Assembly (NCBI RefSeq): GCF_006345805.1
Contig: NC_043002.1
Span: 49,352,001-49,416,000 of the forward strand
Source of the DNA: Octopus sinensis
Taxonomy: Eukaryota
Direction: 5' to 3'
DNA length: 64,000 nucleotides
Within the stretch, counting starts at the first letter, position 1; each line of letters opens with the position of its first letter. The notes under the pieces were generated by a model. It was not told where the DNA came from. It saw only the letters and a list, made by a program, of their open reading frames with translations, and ran no database searches. The position numbers were made by a program, and so were the translations under genes. This document shows positions 55,519 through 64,000 of this stretch, one piece after another.

Positions 55519-56342
55519 TATATAGCACTGCTAACACCGACAGGACACATTATTAACTTATAGGTCTTTAATATACTTGGTAGTATATAATGTTTGCATA
55601 ACGAAATACGGTGTCCCTACGAGCAATTAAAGTTGGATTATTTTTAATGCCATGGTAGAAAATATTTATTTGCCCAGTGTGGATTAACACTGAATCCACG
55701 CAGTTGCGAAGCGAACATCATTATTCCACGATCATTATTCATAAAACCAGCTGAAGACGCAAAAAATACATTCATCTTGAAACCCTTTGTCATGGCCTGG
55801 GAGGAAAATTTGGGTTTTTTTCCAAATGATTTTATTCAGTAGGAACTGATATTTTATAGATATTTCCTTAAATTTCCCAATAAACCGTACATCTATGCAT
55901 ATATAAGACATAGCGGGTCTAGATATGGAAAAAGAAAAGACGAAGTTCTCAATACGCAAATCTACGCATAACTTTCGTAATGTATTCTTGCCGTTCGCGA
56001 ACAGCACAAGATTTTTGTAGAAAATATTTCCACAAGATCTGAGCAAACATTGATTTCGCATCCTATTAAAGTACAAAGACAAAAATGAAAATATAAAATT
56101 AGTCAGTGCAAAGTAACAGCTGCATAACTGATGATAAATACAAACTGACTGCTCGTATATTTAGTCGAATTTTCTAGCATACCAGTGTCGTCAAATATAC
56201 CGACAGTTTTATTAGAGAAAGAAAATGGCGTATCAAAACAATGAAAGAAACCATTGACAAGTGTCAGCAATCGAGTGAATATTTGTACATACACATTTAA
56301 ATTGAAGCACTTGAACAATTAGATACGGATGCAATGCCTATA

Positions 56343-56752
56343 CTCTTTACTCTTTTTACTCTTTTACTTGTTTCAGTCATTTGACTGCGGCCATGCTGGA
56401 GCACCGCCTTTAATCGAGCAACTCGACCCCGGGACTTATTCTTTTGTAAGCCCAGTACTTATTCTATCGGTCTCCTTTGCCGAACCGCTAAGTAACGGGG
56501 ACGTAAACACACCAGCATCGGTTGTCAAGCAATGCTAGGGGGACAAACACAGACACACAAACACACACACGCATATATATACATATGTACGACGGGCTTC
56601 TTTCAGTTTCCGTCTACCAAATCCACTCACAAGGTATTGGTCGACCCGGGGCTATAGCAGAAGACACTTGCCCAAGATGCCACGCAGTGGGACTGAACCC
56701 GGAACCATGTGGTTGGTAAACAAGCTACTTACCACACAGCCACTCCTGCGCC
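56343..56752 (-). mobile_element. SINE family S1, full length
   Basis: Reverse complement of the 33969 copy. Confidence 0.9.
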
Positions 56753-56838
56753 TATTGAAAATATTATGTTGAAAATATTATCATATATTTAATATATACA
56801 TACATACGTACTCATACATACACACACACATATACATA

Positions 56839-57200
56839 TCTATTATATAAAATCCGTTCTGTCTATCTGTGTGTGTGCCTTCTAGGATCTCGGGCATCCT
56901 CCATCCGATTGCGCTCAAATTTGATGTGTAAATACCGACGGTATCAGGACGTGTATAAATCTTGAAAAAATTACAAAAATCGATTCCAGATGAGAATGCG
57001 ATCTATAAAGCCGTTTTTCTTTGAAAAAGAAAAAAAGTTTATCTTTATTTCTTCTTTGCTGGTGTCTCAAATTTAGGTTAAATCAGTGTTTCTGAAAGAG
57101 GAGGCCTATGTCACGGTCGGACAAGTTGTTTTGAGAAAATTTGGTTTAAACGTTTGACAACTCAGCACCGTCCATTGGACGGGAGGGGGCGTTTTGCTCG
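56839..57200 (+). mobile_element. Probable non-autonomous Helitron 5' portion
   Basis: A|TCtattatataaaa start, then ctgtctatctgtgtgtg...ccatccgattgcgctcaaatttg, typical of Helitron-N 5' ends. No 3' hairpin-CTAG seen. Confidence 0.5.
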
Positions 57201-57202
57201 TG

Positions 57203-57233
<31 letters not shown>

Positions 57234-57523
57234 AAAGTGTTTTTAGGAGGTATGGGTGCTATTATCAATAGTTGTAGAAATCTTAACCTACGTATAAAAC
57301 ATCCATTTTTCCAGGTTCACGTGGATCAGACACATTTTGTATAACCTGATGCCATTCCGTTGCCAGACCTCACCTGTTTCTAAGTAAGGTGATATTTCGC
57401 CATGACCAGACATGACTGCGTGAAAGATTGGAATCAAAGAACGTCTTGCATGGCAATGCCACTTGCTTAAATGTCCAATGTTACGGCAAAGGGACAATGA
57501 AACAAACTCATACACACACACAT

Positions 57524-57592
<69 letters not shown>

Positions 57593-57941
57593 CACACACA
57601 TACATATATACATACATACATATCGAGTTGTTTGTTGGTATAACTATGATGTTCTGGTGACCTCATGAGCTAGCTTTCTTTATTTGCATTGGTTTATCAA
57701 TATACAATTGTATTGTATAATGCGGACCACACATATTAATGCAAACATGTAAGTATAACCTCTTCCACACTGAAATAAATACTACATGAAAAGGTTATGA
57801 AACAGCCGTAACCCCATTGAAGTCCTGTGGCTAAATAAATATATATTAACCTTTCATACCACGTGACTTTTCTAACCTAGATCCAAGTTTCTAACCTAGA
57901 TCCTTCATTGGAATTTCAGCAAAATCAACCTGGTATTTTTG

Positions 57942-57972
<31 letters not shown>

Positions 57973-58168
57973 TGTATGTATGTACGGATGCATGTATGTA
58001 TATATAACATTATTCTGTTTATTTCAAGATGTCTTGCCAATTGAAAAAGAACCGGTTTCTAACCTAGATCCAACATCGACAACAGGGTATTTTTGTTTGT
58101 TTGTATGTATGTATTTATGTATGCATATATTTATGTATGTATACATGCATGTATATATGTATGTATGT

Positions 58169-58330
58169 TTCGGCGGACATCCCCGAAGTGGGCTGGTCCA
58201 CTACTAATAAATAGTGGACTGACACAGTCAGTAGAGTCCGTCGGTGGAGGTACGCCGTTCGGACCAGTCCTGTAGAGACGACATATCAGTGGCGACGAGG
58301 GTTCGGACAATATCGCCACTGGGACATATT
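58169..58330. other. GC-rich, multi-hairpin non-coding island within (GTAT)n
   Basis: At least five stems can be drawn by eye; flanked on both sides by GTAT repeats. Confidence 0.6.
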
Positions 58331-58331
58331 A

Positions 58332-58723
58332 GTATGTATGTATGTAAGTATGTATGTATGTATGTATGTATGTATGTATGTATGTATGTATGTATGTATG
58401 TATGTATGTGCATGCATGCATGCATGCATGCATGCATGTATGTATGTATGTATGCATGCATGCATCATGTATGTATGCATGCATGCATGCATGTATGTAT
58501 GCATGCATGCATGCATGCATGCATGCATGCATGTATGTATGTATGTATGTATGTATGCATGCATGCATGCATGCATGCATGTATGTATGTATGTATGCAT
58601 GCATGCATGCATGTATGTATGTATGTATGTATGTATGTATGCATGCATGCATGCATGCATGTATGTATGTATGTATGTATGTATGTATGCATGCATGCAT
58701 GTATGTATGTATGTATGTATGTA
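58332..58723. repeat. (GTAT)n/(GCAT)n interleaved microsatellite
   Basis: Direct reading of the sequence. Confidence 0.97.
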
Positions 58724-58855
58724 TTACACTAACTTGCTTAGATCAAAATTTCTGATCTAAGCGTCTTAATATGTTTTCAGCGGTGTAGAATTTACAATGT
58801 AATTATTCTTTTTCATTCCAAGTGCCATTATATTAAACATTTGCGAAGAGGAACC

Positions 58856-59232
58856 ATGCCACGCACAAAAAATTCAGTAGAACTATCAGATTTTCAAAGA
58901 GGTCGTATTGTTGGGCAATCTGAGGCTGGTCTTAGCCAACGAAAAATTGCCGAAAATCTTCAAATTCCTCTTGCTACTGTTAATAGAATTATGGTGCAAT
59001 TCAAAAGCCAATGAAAAGAATCAACAGATTCTCGTCCCAGCCGACCTGGGCCCTCGGAAAGGAAGCTTCGCTATTTGAAGAGAATTGTGGAAAACGAACC
59101 CCGTTCGAAGGCTTCTGACATTACAAAACAGCTAGAATTTAGTTCAAGAACGTGTGTTTCACATCTGCATAAGCTTGGGTATTATAGGCGAGCAGCTAGA
59201 AGAAAACCTCTCCTTCAACCAATTAATATCAA
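58856..59232 (+). mobile_element. Tc1 transposase N-terminal (DNA-binding) fragment
   Basis: [45 protein letters not shown]...LHKLGYYRRAARRKPLL, with one internal stop, truncated. Confidence 0.87.
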
Positions 59233-59271
59233 AAGCTGTCTATTTGCTTCCTGCATGTCTGTGTGTGTATT

Positions 59272-59673
59272 TCTTTTATTCATTTACTTGTTTCAGTCAT
59301 GTTGACTGCGGCCATGTTGGAGCACCGCCTTAAAGCATTTTAGTCGAACAAATCGACCTCAAGACTTATTCTTTGTAAACCTAGTACTTATTCTATCGGT
59401 GTCTTTTGTCGAACCACTAAGTTACCTGGACATACACAAGCCAATATCAGTTGTCAAGCGATGATGGGAGGAACAAAAACAGACACACACACACATAAAT
59501 ATATACATATGTATCTACGACTAGCTCCTTTCAGTTTCCGTCTATCAAATCCACTCACAAGGCTTTGGTTAACTCGAAGCTACAGTAGAAGACACTTGCC
59601 CAAGTTGCTACGCAGCGGAGCTGAATCCGGAACCATGTTGCTGAGAAATAAGTTTCGTACAACAAAGCCACGC
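59272..59673 (-). mobile_element. SINE family S1 (diverged)
   Basis: Reverse-complement match to S1. Confidence 0.85.
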
Positions 59674-59923
59674 CTATGTCATTATTCAGTATTATTTTAA
59701 GATTTCTTGTCAATCCAGAAAGAGCCAGTTTCTAACCTAGATCCAAGGCTCCTTCATTGGAATTTCAGCAACATCAACCCGGTATTTTTGTATGTATGCA
59801 TGTAAGTATGTATGTATGTCTGCAGATTTGTATGTTTTGTTTTATGTACGCATTTTCATGCATATAGATGGATATCTAGACATGCTCATAGATACTTAAA
59901 TGATAAACTTCTGGAAAGTTTTA

Positions 59924-60333
59924 GGCGCAGGAGTGGCTGTGTGGTAAGTAGCTTCTAACCAACCACATGGTTCCGGGTTCAGTCCCACTGCGTGGCATCT
60001 TGGGCAAGTGTCTTCTGCTATAGCCTCGGGCCGACCAAAGCCTTGTGAGTGGATTTGGTAGACGGAAACTGAAAGAAGCCTGTCGTATATATGTGTATAT
60101 ATATATAAGTGTGTGTGTATATGTTTGTGTGTGTGTGTTTGTCCCTCTAGCATTGCTTGACAACCAGTGCTGGTGTGTTTACGTCCCCGTCACTTAGCGG
60201 TTCGGCAAAAGAGATCCATAGAATAAGTACTGGGCTTACAAAGAATAAGTCCTGGGATCGATTTTCTCGACCAAAGGCGGTGCTCCAGCATGGTCGCAGT
60301 CAAATGACTGAAACAAGTAAAAGAGTAAAAGAG
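59924..60333 (+). mobile_element. SINE family S1, full length
   Basis: Highly similar to the 33969 copy. Confidence 0.9.
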
Positions 60334-60472
60334 AGATCTTTACAATTCCAGTGATCGCTTGAATCTGTAGTTTTCGAATAAGCTTTCTCCTCTCTAGTTT
60401 TGAGAAGCCTTATTTCTCAAGATTGGTATTTAGGCAGTGTGTTACGTACGTACGTACGTACGTACGTACGTA

Positions 60473-60518
<46 letters not shown>

Positions 60519-61603
60519 ATAGCATCTAGGCATTTCTTCCGCCTCTTTATCTTTTGAACTCTAAACCTAACGAGGCCAATTTTGCTTTTCATTCTTTCCG
60601 GGGTTGATAATGTAAAGTACCAGTCAAATACTGGAGTCAATGCAATTGACTTGCCTCCGCCGACACAAAATTGCCCGCCTTGTGCCAACATTATAACGAA
60701 TTATTATACAGCAGCAAAAACCATGAATATATCTAATTAAATTTTCTGAAGTTGTCCAAGTTTAACATAATATATAGAAGCTAAAATAGTTTCTATATAT
60801 CTTGGTACATTTTTTGGAAGAATCCAACTTGAATATATTATATAGAAGCTAAAATAAGTCTTTTTAGCTTGTTATGTTTTCTGCAAAAGATGTAGTTAAA
60901 TATATTAATAGAGGCTAAAGCATTTTGTATATCGAGTTAATTTTTCTGGAAGAGTCCAAGTTAATTAAAAGCGAGGAAATATAATTAAATTTTTTTCTTT
61001 AAAAAAATATTAATAACGAGTTAATAATCTAAAGGATACTTGCAAGAATATAATTATTAAATGTGAATTAAAAATAGGTACTCTTCTCTTCTGAAATTGA
61101 CTATAATATATAGAATGTGTGTGTGTGTGTGTGTGTTACCTTCATTGTATTATGCTAGTAAAAGGAGATTAATTGATGATACAAATATAATTTTTCTTTA
61201 CATGGAGAACTAGCGAAAACTGATTGCATTGAAGTGCAGATTTATCATTAATATTGTTAAGAACACACGAAGAGAATTAATTTTGTCGATTTATTTTTCA
61301 ATTTATACAATAGAATAACTTACAAAATATGAATTAACCACTTCTTTCTCCAGCTACAGAAAGAAGAAAAATGAATGCGCATGATGTATTTGTTGGCTGT
61401 GTTGGTTAAGCAGCTCACTTTGCAACCACATCATTCCGGGTTCAATCCTCTAGTGTGGCACTTTGGACAAGTGTCTTTTGCTATAAGAATGAATTTGGTT
61501 GGCGGAAACAGTGGTGTGAGGGAATCATTGAACAAAGGGAGGCCTTAGTAATGAAGAAATATAAAATTAATTTATTAAGCACGAAACTTAGTTCGTAGGC
61601 AAA

Positions 61604-62420
61604 AAGCGTGGCTGTGTGGTAAGAAGTTTGCTTCCAAATCGCACGGTTCCGAGTTCAGTTCCACTACGTGACACCTTGGGCTAGTGCCTTCTGCTAGAGC
61701 CTCGGGCCGTTTAAAGACTTGTAAGTGGATTTGGTAGACGGAAACTGAAAGAAGCCTGTCGTGTGTATGTGTGTGTGTGTGCACGTATGTGTGTATATTT
61801 GTTCTCTAACACCGCTTGACAACCGGTGTTGGTGTATTTGTGTTCCTATAACTTACCGTTTCTGCGAAAAGATACCGACAGAATAAGTACCAAGCTTTGG
61901 AAAAATATAAGTAATGGGGTCAATTTGTTCAACTAAAATTCATCAAGGCGGTACCCCAGCATGGCCACAATCAAATGATTGAAACAAGTAAAATATAAGC
62001 AATAACAGATTATATCATGTTGACATGGGCGCAGGAATGGCTGTGTGGTAAGAAGCTTGCTTCCCAACCTCATGCTTCTCAACCTCATGCTTCTGGATTC
62101 AGTCTCACTGTATGGCACCGTCTTCTACTATAGCCTCGACCGACCAAAGCCTTGTGAGTGAATTTGGTAGACGGAAACTGAAAGAAACCCATCGTATATA
62201 TATCTATGTGTGTGTGTTTGTGATTGTACCCCATCACCGCTTGACAACCGGTGTTGGTGTGTTTACGTCCCCATAATTTAGTGATTCATCAAAAGAAACT
62301 GATAGAATAAGTACTGGGCTTTAAAAATTTAAGTCGTGGGATCGATTTGTTCGTGTAAAACCCGCCTCAAGGCGGTGCTCCAGAAAGGTCGCAGTCAAAT
62401 GGCCGAACTAAATAAAAGAA
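61604..62420 (+). mobile_element. Two tandem diverged S1 SINE copies
   Basis: Heads at about 61604 and 62027, each followed by gtagacggaaactgaaagaa, a microsatellite and the 3' half. Confidence 0.82.
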
Positions 62421-62944
62421 TGGTTGTCAGCTGAGCTTATAATTTTCTAATGATAAGATATTTTGTGTTCTATAAACTGCTATTACGCACCAAAATCTTA
62501 GCAATACATTAGAATAGAAAAGAACCTTCAGAAATTGGTAAAGACCTCCTTCGGTCATGAACGACCATGGAATCGCACCTTGAAAGTCCCCCTCCGAGGC
62601 ACAAGTTCGGGAAAGGTTGTTTATGGAAGACCAGCAGTCGCTCATGCATACCAGCTTCCTCTATCCGCGTTACTAGACAAGAAAATCAAAAGCATGAGCT
62701 TCAAACAACCGTTTTCGGACGTATCGTTCTCTGCAGAAAGAAACACTAATTTCAGGTAACTACGTTGGTTCAAGCTAGCCTCAACCCCTTTCCAAACAAC
62801 TTTCTTTCTACAATAGGTATAAGGTCAGAAATTTGTGGAGATTAGTTGACGCTGGTTCTCAACGAGAACTTACTTACACTGAAAACAAAAATGAAAGTCA
62901 TTGTCGACATTCGAACCTTGAACGTAAAGAGTCAGAAGAAATAC

Positions 62945-63180
62945 CTATTTCTTTACTGCCCGCAAGAGGCTACACACAGAGGGGACAAACAAGGACAGAC
63001 AAACGCATTAAGTCGATTATATCGACCCCAGTGCGTAACTGGTACTTATTTAATCGACCCCGAAAAGATGAAAGGCAAAGTCGACCTCGGCGGAATTTGA
63101 ACTCTGAACGTAGCGGCAGAAGAAATACCGTAAAGTACTTTGCCCGAGAAGCAAACGATTCCGTAAATCGCTGCCTTCTG
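62945..63180 (-). mobile_element. Family N SINE
   Basis: Reverse complement of 4228-4460. Confidence 0.85.
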
Positions 63181-64000
63181 ATATAACCTATTTAATAATC
63201 AAATTAATACCGATTTCTAACGGCACGAGTCCAACCGTTTTGAGAGAATGGTATTATTGCCGATTAGATTAACATCAGTATTTGATTGATACCTTATTTT
63301 ATTGATGCTAAGAAATAAAAAGCAAATTTAACATCAGCTAGGTTTGAACTGAGAACGTTAGCGGTCATAAGTCGATACTGCAAGGCAATTTGCCCAATGT
63401 TCTAACGTTTCTATCAATCCATCGCTCAAATGAATATGAAGCAGTAGTTATTGTTGCATGACGTATATAGCACCATATGTCAATCTTTCTTATAGAAATA
63501 GCTAGCTTAATTATATAAATGACTGTTTAAAAATAACTTCGGGAATGTTAGCTATGAGTTGCAGATAAGCTCGTTATATTGGAAGAAAACAGCGGATTGT
63601 CAAAATATTGTAAAGCGCCGGGCTAAATGCTTCATAGTAAGCATTGTTTCTCTAGGTTTTGGGTTCATATTCCATCTGAATTATTTTTGCTTTTCAGTCA
63701 ATTAACTGTTGCTTTTGTTGTTCTTGTTGCTGTTGTTATTGTTGTTTAGTTCAAGTCGGTCCTGGGCGTAACCAACTGGATTTTTCCCCACTTCGCGAAT
63801 ATTGTACCATAGGAGGGACATCTTTACATCTTTCGCTCACACACATTAAATCTTTGCAGTATAAATGAGTGTGCTTTTGTGTGTGTGTGTATGTATGTGT
63901 GTGTCTGTGTCTGTCTGTGCCTGTGTGTAAGTTTAGCGTCGATGTAGACAATTGCTATCATTACTTATAAACACACACACCGGTTCAATTTCCACTCATT

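Noticed and set aside
58280-58325. HDV-like ribozyme on the minus strand
   Set aside because: A 7-bp P1 can be drawn, but L3 is too short and P1.1 GG, P2 and J4/2 are missing.

Overview
Eukaryotic, very AT-rich and repeat-saturated intergenic or intronic DNA. The SINE families and microsatellite load resemble a coleoid cephalopod (Octopus-like) genome; this is recognition from memory, not a search result. I found no supportable host protein-coding exon, and most ORFs in the track are microsatellite artefacts. Real genes: two initiator tRNA-Met(CAT) genes (4859-4930, 7521-7592). The rest is decayed mobile DNA: a Penelope-like element (RT + GIY-YIG), an L1/Tx1-clade LINE, R4/Dong-like RLE fragments associated with (TAA)n, RTE pieces, mariner/Tc1/hAT relics, non-autonomous Helitrons, MITEs (one carrying (TTAGGG)5) and about 30 tRNA-derived SINE copies. 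There is a 100-N assembly gap at 14680-14779. Most notable: (i) non-coding cassettes flanked on both sides by one microsatellite type, including a GC-rich multi-stem RNA-like island in (GTAT)n; (ii) minimal hammerhead-ribozyme motifs and remnants; (iii) several long fold-back inverted repeats; (iv) combinatorial module shuffling among SINEs. Repeat boundaries are read by eye and are approximate.
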